Below are positions 1 to 8,775 of a stretch of 64,000 nucleotides of DNA, piece by piece. The notes under the pieces were generated by a model, which saw nothing but the letters and a program-made list of their open reading frames with translations, ran no database searches and was not told the origin of the DNA. Origin of the DNA: a virus (taxonomy: Duplodnaviria; Caudoviricetes); IMG/VR virus record IMGVR_UViG_3300021167_000382, positions 96,001-160,000 of that record. One strand, written 5' to 3'. Both the position numbers and the translations under genes were made by a program. Numbering within the stretch: position 1 is the first letter of the stretch; every line of letters begins with the position of its first letter.

Positions 1-257
1 CGACCATCAGTGGAATAGAGCCGACCTTTGATTTCATCTTCAATCGGAGAACCGCACATATCCATTGCAACAGCGATAAAATTCGATTCACCTATGGGTT
101 TAACCAGATAGATCGGATAACCAATTGCATTTGCGCGAATAGCAAGAACTTCAACATCGCAGTCAGAACGATAGTGACGTTCACCTTCATTACCAAGCTG
201 AGCACGAACTACGTTACCAACTTGAAAAGAAACCGGCTTTGTAATAATGTTATTCAT
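1..257 (-). CDS. Small early protein, runs off the window edge; SH3/KOW-like N-terminus (MNNIITKPVSFQVGNVVRAQ...)
   Basis: Hand-translated open frame from ATG at 257 to the edge; AGGAG RBS; directly downstream of the promoter motif at 307-331. Confidence 0.75.
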   Translation of the reverse strand, partial: MNNIITKPVSFQVGNVVRAQLGNEGERHYRSDCDVEVLAIRANAIGYPIYLVKPIGESNFIAVAMDMCGSPIEDEIKGRLYSTDG

Positions 258-306
258 TTTGAATCTCCTAGTTTGTGGTCATGAGGGATACTAAATGTAT
301 CCAGGG

Positions 307-331
307 ACATGTTAGATATACATGAGTGAAA
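307..331 (-). promoter_or_regulatory. Putative early (vRNAP) promoter TTTCACTCATGTATATCTAACATGT
   Basis: 24/25 identical to 55332-55356; core repeated at 5339, 28513 and 62043; resembles the phiKZ early TATATTAC-type motif. Confidence 0.75.
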
Positions 332-359
332 GATTTCAGAAGAAGAAAAATAAACATGG

Positions 360-386
360 ATAGGCGCGGGGTGACCCCGCGCCTAT
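360..386. terminator. Hairpin terminator
   Basis: ATAGGCGCGGGG-TGA-CCCCGCGCCTAT immediately after the stop of 388..708. Confidence 0.8.
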
Positions 387-387
387 T

Positions 388-708
388 TTACGAAGATGAA
401 GTTGTTTCCATGTTCAGCATTTGGAACAACATCTTGATCGTGTCGATGGATTCGGCATCAATACCGATAGTCTGCAGTCGACCAAAAACTTCCTTTCTAT
501 GCTTAAAGTCGTAATTGACTAAGGTGAAGCTATCAACCGTGACTCGCATTTGCGTGTCTGTGAATTCACAGATTGCGTTTGGATAGCCATTGTACAGGCG
601 AACCCAGTCACAGATAAGTTTCCTTAGCGAGATGAAAGAACGTTCCTTCAGCGTACCGAAAGTGGCTAGTGCGTGATGGAGCGTTTTCACATCCACATAC
701 TCACCCAT
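388..708 (-). CDS. Hypothetical protein (106 aa)
   Basis: ORF with AAGGAG RBS, followed by a hairpin. Confidence 0.75.
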   Translation of the reverse strand: MGEYVDVKTLHHALATFGTLKERSFISLRKLICDWVRLYNGYPNAICEFTDTQMRVTVDSFTLVNYDFKHRKEVFGRLQTIGIDAESIDTIKMLFQMLNMETTSSS

Positions 709-814
709 AATAACTCCTTTAAAAATAGCCCTAAAACCACCACAATCGCTTCCAGAGCGATAAATAGAATTAACTAGTCACATAGTCTAAGATTAACAAA
801 GAAATGCAACGTAG

Positions 815-844
815 ACCCCTAGGAGCCGTTTGGCTCCTAGGGGT
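815..844. terminator. Hairpin terminator
   Basis: ACCCCTAGGAGCC-GTTT-GGCTCCTAGGGGT, 13-bp stem. Confidence 0.8.
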
Positions 845-860
845 GACCGGGCTGTGAGGA

Positions 861-1328
861 TTACTTCAGCTTCTCAACTGCCAAAGCCTTGATGGCTTCC
901 TTGGCCACATTGAAGCGCTGAGGAGCCGGCGCGAAGATGTCGAGCGTGGCACGGTTGGCGCCGGGAGTGACGACTTCAGCTTGAGTAGCCGGATTGCGAC
1001 CGACATGACTGCGGGAAACATAGGACTTCATCGCGCCGATCGGACCCAGGCTAACCTTACCCATGACCTTGTCGAGATCCTTGTCCTTGACCATGGCAGC
1101 CACGCTGACTTCGCCGATGACCTTGTGTGCCGCGGAGACGGTATTGGTAACGTGGTTGCTCAGATCAGTGATGATCTTCGGCGTCACGCCTTCGGGCAGA
1201 TTGGATTCAAAAACATCACGGCCGTCGAGTTCGATTTCACCATCAGTAACTTTATGGCCCTTGGCCAGTGCACGGAATTCACCTTCCATCTTTTCAATGG
1301 AGGCTTGGTTTTCTTCTGCTTTAGACAT
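861..1328 (-). CDS. Putative DNA-binding protein with an HU/IHF-like beta-arm motif
   Basis: Likely start MSKAEEN at 1328 (GAAGGA RBS); KVSLGPIGAMKSYVSRSHVGRNPATQAEVVTPG resembles the HU arm V-L-GFG-F-...-GRNP-TG-EI-IP; strongly biased codons. Confidence 0.6.
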   Translation of the reverse strand: MSKAEENQASIEKMEGEFRALAKGHKVTDGEIELDGRDVFESNLPEGVTPKIITDLSNHVTNTVSAAHKVIGEVSVAAMVKDKDLDKVMGKVSLGPIGAMKSYVSRSHVGRNPATQAEVVTPGANRATLDIFAPAPQRFNVAKEAIKALAVEKLK

Positions 1329-1479
1329 CGGTATTTCCTTCTTAAAGAGTTGTGAGAGTTTTTGGTTTAGGCCATTTCTGACCATAGCCATTTTGTTACT
1401 TGGAAAAATCTACCTAAGTCATACTCGAGTAGTGACCTAAGCGAGTGCAAACTTTTCCAAAGAGCACAGCTTGCTCAAG

Positions 1480-1495
1480 TAGAATATACATGAGC
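1480..1495 (-). promoter_or_regulatory. Weaker copy of the early promoter motif (CTCATGTATATTCT)
   Basis: Shares TCATGTATAT with the other copies; upstream of 861..1328. Confidence 0.45.
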
Positions 1496-1517
1496 TTCTG
1501 CATTTTAGAAACAGGAC

Positions 1518-2150
1518 TTAGATCGTGAGTTCTTTCGGATCGAGCTTGCGACCCGTGATAGGTTTCCAAAGTCTGTTTGCAGCATAAGACATACTCAGGC
1601 CCTTGGTACCACCATACCCACAAGACGATACCGTTAGGTAGGCTGCTTGTTTCTTTTCAAGATACGCCGTCACCGTGTCCATCGCGTCATTCTCAACACT
1701 ACGAACATTCTCCCCCATACGGAGCCAGTCGTTCTTATGCACCACGACATAGAAACGATTCTTCACACGAACTAGTGCTAGAACATAGTCGTTAGGAATC
1801 GGTAGCTTGCAGAAAGTAATAACAGCGGCTTCCAGTGCCGTGAGACTATTCTCACTATCTAGAAATGTAATCATCTGCCCACGTTTCACCGGTGGAACTG
1901 AATTGTCGATGATTACTGATGCATGACTGAGCGCTTCACCGATGGCCGCCAGTCTACGTTCTTCACTGTGCGCTTCATAGTCGAAACTTCCAGTGGCAAT
2001 GATCACTTCCTGTTTAAAGGCTTCGGTTTCAGCACGCTCCTGCAAGGCCTCAACATCAACTACTACATCCTTGATCGATTCATCTATAGTCTTATTATCA
2101 ACGAATGCGAGTTCGTCGACCAGATACATCGATGTCATGATTCCACGCAT
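1518..2150 (-). CDS. Hypothetical protein (210 aa)
   Basis: Long ORF abutting 2150..2809. Confidence 0.75.
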   Translation of the reverse strand: MRGIMTSMYLVDELAFVDNKTIDESIKDVVVDVEALQERAETEAFKQEVIIATGSFDYEAHSEERRLAAIGEALSHASVIIDNSVPPVKRGQMITFLDSENSLTALEAAVITFCKLPIPNDYVLALVRVKNRFYVVVHKNDWLRMGENVRSVENDAMDTVTAYLEKKQAAYLTVSSCGYGGTKGLSMSYAANRLWKPITGRKLDPKELTI

Positions 2151-2809
2151 TAGAAACTCCTTTTTGCTAAAGCGGTAACTCGGTTTGCCTGTTTGACAGG
2201 TGGCGTATGTTTCCGCAAGCGTTGTAGATTCTTGTTTCGAATCCGGTTATGAAGATTGAAACCTTGTAGCCGATACATCAAACGAAGTAGAAGACGATCG
2301 AAGCGATCCATCTTAAAGATTCGTGCGATTGTACTACATTCGAAATGCTTTGCCTTTTTCAAGGCACGCTTCAGTATGTGAGGTTGGACACCGTACTGGC
2401 AGGCGAGATTGTCATGCATTAGCACATAGTCTGATGGATTATGCAAAGCATGTTGGTCATTAAGAGACTTGATATGTTGAAACAGCACTTCCTCACGAAT
2501 CACCAATGCATCAAATTCATGATGACTGAGATCCAGGAAGAAATAACGATCGATGAGGATGACGTGTTTAAATAACATCAGGACACCACCTTCTTTCATA
2601 TGCAAGGAATCACCAGGCATACCGAGAGTCACACCGCGCAGAGAGGTAAAGAGGTGGTGCGATTGCACAGCCATCGGAGGAAAGCCGTCATCATGAAGCT
2701 GAGGCGGTGCATTTTGATAAACCGTATCCAGCGTATCATAAAAGAACATGTCAAGCTGATACGGAGAATGAAGAATGCGAAATTCGCTGATACCGTAGTA
2801 GTGTTTCAA
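2150..2809 (-). CDS. Hypothetical protein, possibly a degenerate M48/zincin-like fold
   Basis: LSHHEFDALVIREEV and HDNLACQYG...LKRALKK echo M48 motifs, but HExxH is missing. Confidence 0.6.
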   Translation of the reverse strand: MKHYYGISEFRILHSPYQLDMFFYDTLDTVYQNAPPQLHDDGFPPMAVQSHHLFTSLRGVTLGMPGDSLHMKEGGVLMLFKHVILIDRYFFLDLSHHEFDALVIREEVLFQHIKSLNDQHALHNPSDYVLMHDNLACQYGVQPHILKRALKKAKHFECSTIARIFKMDRFDRLLLRLMYRLQGFNLHNRIRNKNLQRLRKHTPPVKQANRVTALAKRSF

Positions 2810-2874
2810 GATAATCTACCCGAGGTTAGAAATGGTCTATCCTATCACTCAGTGGTAGGAAAAAGTATAGCCGG

Positions 2875-3108
2875 TTAGTGCGTTAAGAAAAAAGAATCTC
2901 TTCTATATTGAAGCTCTGCATTAGTATGCAGCATCCCGCCTTCGAACCAGAATTGAAACCGGCGATCCCTTACATCTTCGCACATCTCAAGATATGCATC
3001 AGCGATGTCTTCAGCGATGAAAGGAAACCATCCTTGGGTTGGCTGGTACATTTCTCGAGTAGGACTAACGTGATTAAACTTCTCAGCACGTCGTTGTTTT
3101 CGATTCAT
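2875..3108 (-). CDS. Hypothetical protein (MNRKQRRA...)
   Basis: Start moved to 3108 because the upstream part of the ORF is a terminator hairpin; the MNRxQRR start is common in phage proteins. Confidence 0.65.
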   Translation of the reverse strand: MNRKQRRAEKFNHVSPTREMYQPTQGWFPFIAEDIADAYLEMCEDVRDRRFQFWFEGGMLHTNAELQYRRDSFFLTH

Positions 3109-3127
3109 AATTACACCAACTTTAACA

Positions 3128-3158
3128 AGATGCAGGTAGGGTAACCCTACCTGCATCT
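3128..3158. terminator. Hairpin terminator
   Basis: AGATGCAGGTAGGG-TAA-CCCTACCTGCATCT, 14-bp stem. Confidence 0.8.
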
Positions 3159-3162
3159 ATGA

Positions 3163-3372
3163 TTAAGAAACGTGATAGTGGAGATGGCGCTTGTTCTTGA
3201 TAATCGGCTTAACACGCTGACCGATCTTCAACTTCACACCTTCCAAGCAAATCGGCTTAGTGACCGTATAGACCACACCGATCGCAGGGTTAAAAGTATT
3301 GCCAGCGATGACCCCGTCAGGGCTATTGAAATATTCAGCCGGCAACGTTTTAGCAGCAGTACGAATTTCCAC
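3163..3372 (-). CDS. Small beta-rich protein, paralog of 5028..5264
   Basis: AGGAG RBS, GTG start; aligns by eye with 5028..5264. Confidence 0.7.
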   Translation of the reverse strand: MEIRTAAKTLPAEYFNSPDGVIAGNTFNPAIGVVYTVTKPICLEGVKLKIGQRVKPIIKNKRHLHYHVS

Positions 3373-3380
3373 AGAAACTC

Positions 3381-3953
3381 CTAATTATAGGCAAGTGAAA
3401 CAATGGAGATACCGATCGTCAATGATAGATCAGCGATGATGAAGATAGTTGTTACAGAGATCACAGAGAGAATGCATCGAGCGAGAGACCGTTTTTCTTT
3501 TACGATACACGCCATATGAAGCCCTTCACTTACTTGTTTCCAAATTACAAATAAGAGAACAGGTACAACCACTGAAAAGAGCGTGAACCCTACGATGGTT
3601 TGGTAAGGAATTAGTTTAGAAGGAATGAGAAGAATTTGAACTGTAACCGGGTCAAACCTAAAAGGGAAATAACCAAGTTGGACTACTGCTTCCATGGCTA
3701 GAAACATAACTACAATGAACACAACTGATAAATACACAGTCAGAATCTGCAGTGTCCTAGAACTGTATTCCCCATCACTACTTTCTTCATCATTTTGTTG
3801 AAGATAGAGATTCAACTCTAACCAGAGAGAAACCAAAGGTATCGAAAGAATACCCGCCTTTAGGATGAAATGAGCGTCCTTCAGCGCGAACGGTGAAACC
3901 AGTAGAATCCCTGCTAATACCGAGAGCATTAACTTTAAAGAACACTTCATCAC
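3381..3953 (-). CDS. Multi-pass membrane protein (about 5 TM), paralog of 3968..4567
   Basis: Several long hydrophobic segments. Confidence 0.75.
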   Translation of the reverse strand: MMKCSLKLMLSVLAGILLVSPFALKDAHFILKAGILSIPLVSLWLELNLYLQQNDEESSDGEYSSRTLQILTVYLSVVFIVVMFLAMEAVVQLGYFPFRFDPVTVQILLIPSKLIPYQTIVGFTLFSVVVPVLLFVIWKQVSEGLHMACIVKEKRSLARCILSVISVTTIFIIADLSLTIGISIVSLAYN

Positions 3954-3967
3954 TACACCCCCAAGAA

Positions 3968-4567
3968 CTAAAGAAAGGTGATACCTATTACCGCAGATGA
4001 GGTCGCAAGAGTGAATAGCGCGAGCGCTGTTACCTTATGAAGATAACACATAGCATACCCAAGCCGCCCTAGTCCATTTTCAGGGTCGCACTGAAGCACC
4101 GCAATTTTCCAAGGAAGGAATAACACGAATGGAATGTAAAGTACCAGTATGTTGAATAAGACAATGGAAACTAAAACATTCAGCGTGATACTCAGGCTCA
4201 CTAAATTCGTCGTGATATGGACTGTATCCATTTCCATTACTACGAATTCCGGTAACAGCAGGCCACTAAGACCAATCACTACCAGCAGCGCTGTATAGCC
4301 TGTTAGAATATTCATCCAACTAGGAATGGAGATTCGTCGATGGATTTCTTTAGCGAGATCGTACTGATCAATGCTGAGCGCCTTTCCGAGATCAAGCCAG
4401 ATAATGTAAAGCAGTGGTGCAACTATGCAAAACTTCGAAATGAAGCTAAAATCCCGAAGCGTCGTTGAGCCAACCGTAGTTAGTATAATAATCGCGATAA
4501 CGCTTAAAACACTAGTAAGTTTCAAGATACACCTCATAAGTTGATCGATGGAAATATTGATAAACAC
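3968..4567 (-). CDS. Multi-pass membrane protein (about 5 TM); true start possibly TTG at 4525
   Basis: Hydrophobic segments; GAGGTG RBS before the TTG at 4525. Confidence 0.75.
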   Translation of the reverse strand: MFINISIDQLMRCILKLTSVLSVIAIIILTTVGSTTLRDFSFISKFCIVAPLLYIIWLDLGKALSIDQYDLAKEIHRRISIPSWMNILTGYTALLVVIGLSGLLLPEFVVMEMDTVHITTNLVSLSITLNVLVSIVLFNILVLYIPFVLFLPWKIAVLQCDPENGLGRLGYAMCYLHKVTALALFTLATSSAVIGITFL

Positions 4568-4596
4568 AGCTACGTGGGATTCCCACGTAGCTGTGT
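4564..4596. terminator. Long hairpin
   Basis: ACACAGCTACGTGGG-ATT-CCCACGTAGCTGTGT, 15-bp stem. Confidence 0.75.
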
Positions 4597-4713
4597 CATT
4601 AAGAAATTTTTACAAGTACAGCGATTGCGAATACTACATGAAAGCACAACCAACACTGAGCAGCCTTCACACCCACATTAAGAAATGAGTTTGAGAGATA
4701 CATCACCATTCCC

Positions 4714-5025
4714 CTAAAGCAATATTGAGAGCTGAAGCACGTTTTCAATAGTCTTCAGTACAATATTTATATAACCATATTCTTTTTTCTCAACCACCTT
4801 CACTGCTTTAATTATTCGAGTAGGTGGTTTTTTAGGTTCTATATGCTTAACCTGATAAAACACAAAACTAAAAGTAATGACCGCAGCAATACCGATCATA
4901 CCTACAGAGAGTCGACGCTTTTCCTTCATCTTAGATGTGAAGCTTAGATTATAGAGCAACACAAATAGCGCCATATTGAGAAACAAGATGCCCATAAGGA
5001 CATCAATCACGTAATCCGGAACCAT
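4714..5025 (-). CDS. Two-TM membrane protein
   Basis: Two hydrophobic helices followed by a basic tail. Confidence 0.7.
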   Translation of the reverse strand: MVPDYVIDVLMGILFLNMALFVLLYNLSFTSKMKEKRRLSVGMIGIAAVITFSFVFYQVKHIEPKKPPTRIIKAVKVVEKKEYGYINIVLKTIENVLQLSILL

Positions 5026-5027
5026 TT

Positions 5028-5264
5028 CTATACTTTCTTATTATCAGGCTCACGGGGGAGATCGAGTTCGTAGCAGATGAATCGATCATTCTTTTTAATG
5101 ACAGATGCAATAGTTCCTTTCGGAATACGTACACCTGCATGGATGAAGTCTGACAAAGCACGCACACTTTGACCTACAGCCAGGGAGACGGTACCATCAC
5201 TTAAACCAAACGGTATCCCTGGAAGGACCGGTTTGGATGCGGTTATGAACATGATCAACTCCAT
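5028..5264 (-). CDS. Small beta-rich protein, first gene of a putative early operon
   Basis: Downstream of the promoter motif at 5339-5360; paralog of 3163..3372. Confidence 0.7.
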   Translation of the reverse strand: MELIMFITASKPVLPGIPFGLSDGTVSLAVGQSVRALSDFIHAGVRIPKGTIASVIKKNDRFICYELDLPREPDNKKV

Positions 5265-5338
5265 TATGTTTAAAGGTTATTTGGGACGTTTCCCATACGA
5301 AATGCATTTTTTGATTTTATATATCGATAGCTTCTTCA

Positions 5339-5360
5339 TTTAAGATATACATGACTGAGA
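5339..5360 (-). promoter_or_regulatory. Putative early promoter TCTCAGTCATGTATATCTTAAA
   Basis: Copy of the repeated motif, just past a terminator. Confidence 0.75.
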
Positions 5361-5367
5361 TGAACAT

Positions 5368-5399
5368 CAGAGCGGTACGGGGTTTCCCGTACCGCTCTG
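5368..5399. terminator. Hairpin terminator after the prohead protease gene
   Basis: CAGAGCGGTACGGG-GTTT-CCCGTACCGCTCTG. Confidence 0.8.
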
Positions 5400-5403
5400 T
5401 CAT

Positions 5404-6156
5404 TTACCAGCTATGGTAGATCTTGCTTTCAGCCTTAGGGAAGTACTTACCTAAGAAGTAATCTGCGGTCTGAGCGGATTCCAGTGCAAATGCATTAGAG
5501 GTGTTTTTCGTAGAACAGCGTTCTAGTACCTTCTCCAGCATAGGCGCCGATGAGATCGACTCCGTGGCAGGACTGTCCCATTTGCTGGCAACCAGAATCC
5601 CACCTTCGTTAACGTAATCGATAGTGATCAGTTCACGTAGCGCACGAATGCGTTTACCACGAACAATCTGTTCATCAGCCAAAGAGCGAATAGAGAAGCA
5701 GACATTTTCATCAGCGTTCTCGAATGCTTCTTTCAGCATCGCGCCCTTAGCACCCGAAGGTTTAACCTTACCCATGATAGCAACCATTTCCGGATTATTG
5801 TACTCCGGATGCATCTTGCCAAAGTTTTCATCAAGCCAGAGCGATTTGAAATGGCAGCAGACATTATTCAAATCAATTTCCATCATACGCTGATAGAAGG
5901 TTTCCAGCTTCTCACCGGGCATCTGTTTCGGATGGTCCACTTCACCACGAAGACATCCATTAGCGATTTTACGATGAAGAAGGCTGCCAGGACCGAAAAG
6001 TTCCTTAGCGCCTTGTGCGGTGTAATACCAAGCACGGCTATTATTGTAAACGTTCAATGCCCCGAGCACTAGTTCGTAGTACCCGTTCTCATCTGGCGTC
6101 TGATGACCAGTTTTACCAAAAGCGGACAGCTTAGTTTGTTCAAAAAGAATCGTCAT
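5404..6156 (-). CDS. Prohead protease (phiKZ gp175/SPN3US gp245-like)
   Basis: LRGEVDHP (catalytic His), NVCFSIRS (catalytic Ser), DYVNEGGI; C-terminal ATE|S and ALE|S candidate self-cleavage sites; synteny with vRNAP genes. Confidence 0.92.
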   Translation of the reverse strand: MTILFEQTKLSAFGKTGHQTPDENGYYELVLGALNVYNNSRAWYYTAQGAKELFGPGSLLHRKIANGCLRGEVDHPKQMPGEKLETFYQRMMEIDLNNVCCHFKSLWLDENFGKMHPEYNNPEMVAIMGKVKPSGAKGAMLKEAFENADENVCFSIRSLADEQIVRGKRIRALRELITIDYVNEGGILVASKWDSPATESISSAPMLEKVLERCSTKNTSNAFALESAQTADYFLGKYFPKAESKIYHSW

Positions 6157-6218
6157 ACCTTCACCTTGAAAATTGTTCAGTCAGCATAGACTAGAAAGAT
6201 TTCTCACCACATCATACA

Positions 6219-6249
6219 GACTAGAGACCGGACAAACCGGTCTCTAGTC
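6219..6249. terminator. Hairpin terminator
   Basis: GACTAGAGACCGG-ACAAA-CCGGTCTCTAGTC. Confidence 0.8.
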
Positions 6250-6254
6250 GATGT

Positions 6255-6968
6255 TCACGCACGTAGCACGGATTCCACAGATTCTACTTGTGTACTTGGA
6301 TTAACCAATGCACTAACGATACCGTCCTGAAAATAGGCACCGGCAAGTTTATTCACCGTCCCAGGCGCAGAGTAGAAAACGCTGCGTAATGGAACCCAGC
6401 GAATTTTATCTGGCGTAAAATCAGACCGAGTTTTAGCACCCTCGCGGATGAAACGAACACGGTCTTCTTTTTGTCGAGCGGTATAGGCAGCGAAGAATTC
6501 CATCATGCTCGGTATGATCCGTGCACGAGAACCCGCATAGCTCTGAGCGGTTTCAAAGATCTTTCCCATGTCCTCATAACCAACGTACCACGGAACCTTC
6601 CCTTTGAAAACAAACTCATCAATCGCTGTGAAGATCAAATTACTTCGAGCGACGATGTCTTTCGTCAAGATAACTGTTTCACCTGGGTCATAGGTGAACG
6701 TGTAATATTCCACTTCGCCTACTTGTTCGATTTTGATAGCAGCTTCACCCAATTCGATATAACCATTCAAATTGAGCAATGCGTATTCATCATCAACAAG
6801 AATAGCAAACAGACCATAAACGAAGCTAATCTTACCGATCACAGCAAGGTTGATATCACGAAACCGAACAGGGAAAGTGATAGTTAACTTCTTTTTGGCA
6901 ATAACGCGTCCATTGGGAAGGTCTTGAAGTGCAGCCAAGACCTTCTCAGGATTACGTTTTAAGTTCAC
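6255..6968 (-). CDS. Virion protein, small vRNAP subunit (phiKZ gp176/SPN3US gp244-like)
   Basis: GKVPWY..YEDM and NKLAGAYFQDGIVSAL..P...VE.VLR motifs, size, and position next to the protease. Confidence 0.75.
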   Translation of the reverse strand: MNLKRNPEKVLAALQDLPNGRVIAKKKLTITFPVRFRDINLAVIGKISFVYGLFAILVDDEYALLNLNGYIELGEAAIKIEQVGEVEYYTFTYDPGETVILTKDIVARSNLIFTAIDEFVFKGKVPWYVGYEDMGKIFETAQSYAGSRARIIPSMMEFFAAYTARQKEDRVRFIREGAKTRSDFTPDKIRWVPLRSVFYSAPGTVNKLAGAYFQDGIVSALVNPSTQVESVESVLRA

Positions 6969-8497
6969 TTAAGCAACGTCGTCAGATTGACCTGGCTGTA
7001 GAGATATTCCACCAGGTAGGTGATAGTAGCGGCTGCAGCAGCTTCACGAGGATCAATATCCTTGTTAAAGCGAGCAACTTGCTGCATTTCACTGAGAATG
7101 GTGTAAGCCGAGGTATAGAAGAAACGAGCCTTGGCCACCATGTGCAGGGCGGTGTGTGCAATATCTTCATGAAGACGGTGACTGAGGTGCATGATTTCGG
7201 CATCCACATTCTTCATGATGATGTCCCGCATACCAGGATTCGTCTTTTCATATTCGCATTCAATGTCAGCCTGGTTAGTAATCGCTACCGACATATAACT
7301 ACGAACCCATGCCTGGAAATTAACACGGATGTCCGTGATATCCTTCGTGGCACGGAAACTGATGTAGCTATTCCAAGATTCCACCAAGCGAGCCTGGTTC
7401 TCAAGAATAACATTCATGTCGAAATAAGCTTGACCAGCCATCAGCATGCCGAGAAGCGCTTCCGACTTACCGCCTTTTTCAAGGTAGACACGGTAGAGAC
7501 GGTCATGAACCGTAACTTCCTTGCGATTCGGTATCAGCGATGTGACAAGGATACCATTTTCAATCTGGCGGCCGAGTTGATCCAGAGCGGCCTTTAGCGT
7601 GACACCGGCGACATCCAGCCAATATTGGAAGGAAGCGGCGTATTCGTCCAACGTGACATTTTCCTTGGTGCTCTTGACATTGATCTTCAGCCAGTTAGCG
7701 ATCAGCCACATAGCCAAAGACAGATCCATCGCATCACCTTGGTTACCGCGACGAATGCTGTATTGGTCGAAAACAAATCGACCGATCTCTTCAAAATTAC
7801 CAGCATCGGTAAAGTTAGCAACCAGTACGTTCTTGATCAGGTTGTCTGGAGCATTTTCAAGCCAGTCTGCCAGAAGTCCATTCAGACGAGCATTACCCAG
7901 ATTGCAGATTTCAGCGACGACGGCATCAACATCTTCCAACTTCAATGTCAGACGTGCGCCTGTGTCACGGATTTCAGCCAAGTTAACGATGTCATCAAGA
8001 CCCATTGAACTGAAAGATGCATCGCCGAGCAGTGCAGGGATACGGAGCATGCGAATGCTGAACTCAGCTGAAGGATCTTTAGCCGCAGCCAAATCCAAGA
8101 AAGCCTGAGCCGCTGCTTCAAATTCATTCACCAGCGGAATCACCACACTACGAACCGTATAGATGTGCGATGTGATAATCGGTGCCAGATCGTCTGCAAG
8201 AGCAGTGATACAGAGTGTGTGGTCTGAAACTTCAGAAGCATTTCCAGTAGCCGACACCACTGCGTCGCCAAACATTTCCTTGTCAGTCAGTGTCCAAGAG
8301 GAAACGTTATTGTTCAATACCTTACCACCCGGTAGAACAGTCGTTTCACGTTGACCTTGTTCTACGAAGTTATAAGGCATCGAACTGTCAACCAGTTCCG
8401 CCATGGCGCTGTTATCGGCAGCGGTGAGTTGAATGCCTGCGTCCTTCAACTGAAGGGCAACTGCGATCGCATTCTTTGCAAGATTCGAGGTAATCAT
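6965..8497 (-). CDS. Virion/head structural protein (phiKZ gp177-like)
   Basis: 510 aa, syntenic between gp176-like and the vRNAP beta gene. Confidence 0.65.
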   Translation of the reverse strand: MITSNLAKNAIAVALQLKDAGIQLTAADNSAMAELVDSSMPYNFVEQGQRETTVLPGGKVLNNNVSSWTLTDKEMFGDAVVSATGNASEVSDHTLCITALADDLAPIITSHIYTVRSVVIPLVNEFEAAAQAFLDLAAAKDPSAEFSIRMLRIPALLGDASFSSMGLDDIVNLAEIRDTGARLTLKLEDVDAVVAEICNLGNARLNGLLADWLENAPDNLIKNVLVANFTDAGNFEEIGRFVFDQYSIRRGNQGDAMDLSLAMWLIANWLKINVKSTKENVTLDEYAASFQYWLDVAGVTLKAALDQLGRQIENGILVTSLIPNRKEVTVHDRLYRVYLEKGGKSEALLGMLMAGQAYFDMNVILENQARLVESWNSYISFRATKDITDIRVNFQAWVRSYMSVAITNQADIECEYEKTNPGMRDIIMKNVDAEIMHLSHRLHEDIAHTALHMVAKARFFYTSAYTILSEMQQVARFNKDIDPREAAAAATITYLVEYLYSQVNLTTLLK

Positions 8498-8528
8498 TTT
8501 TTATCCAGTCTAGTCTATGAATGAGAAC

Positions 8529-8559
8529 AGGACACTAGAGGAATGTCCTCTAGTGTCCT
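8529..8559. terminator. Hairpin terminator
   Basis: AGGACACTAGAGGA-ATG-TCCTCTAGTGTCCT. Confidence 0.8.
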
Positions 8560-8568
8560 CACCCTGTT

Positions 8569-8775
8569 TTACGATTTCAGATCTTTGACAGCGATCTCAC
8601 GAAACTTCGAGATCGCCAGCGTCTGAACCGCTTCACGGGTCAGGCTTTGACCGTTCAGCGCACTGCTGATGTCATTACCCGCGATACGGTGCATCACGGC
8701 AGCAGCCAGTTCACCGACATTTGCTATAACGATGGCCGTTGTAGCAGTTTGTTGACTGATAACATCTTGCGTCAT
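8569..8775 (-). CDS. Small putative virion protein (68 aa)
   Basis: ATGA overlap with the vRNAP beta stop; GGAGAAGG RBS. Confidence 0.7.
   Translation of the reverse strand: MTQDVISQQTATTAIVIANVGELAAAVMHRIAGNDISSALNGQSLTREAVQTLAISKFREIAVKDLKS

Noticed and set aside
1518-2150. YLVDELAFV resembling a terminase Walker B
   Set aside because: No Walker A or nuclease domain; the motif is at the extreme N-terminus of a short protein
4583-4690. Short Cys-rich minus-strand ORF (MWCEGCSVLVVLSCSIRNRCTC...)
   Set aside because: About 35 codons, no clear RBS, and it runs into a hairpin; cannot be supported
6181-8520. CTAGTCTATG motif at about 6185 and 8510 as a late promoter
   Set aside because: Only two copies, on opposite strands relative to the downstream genes; too short to support
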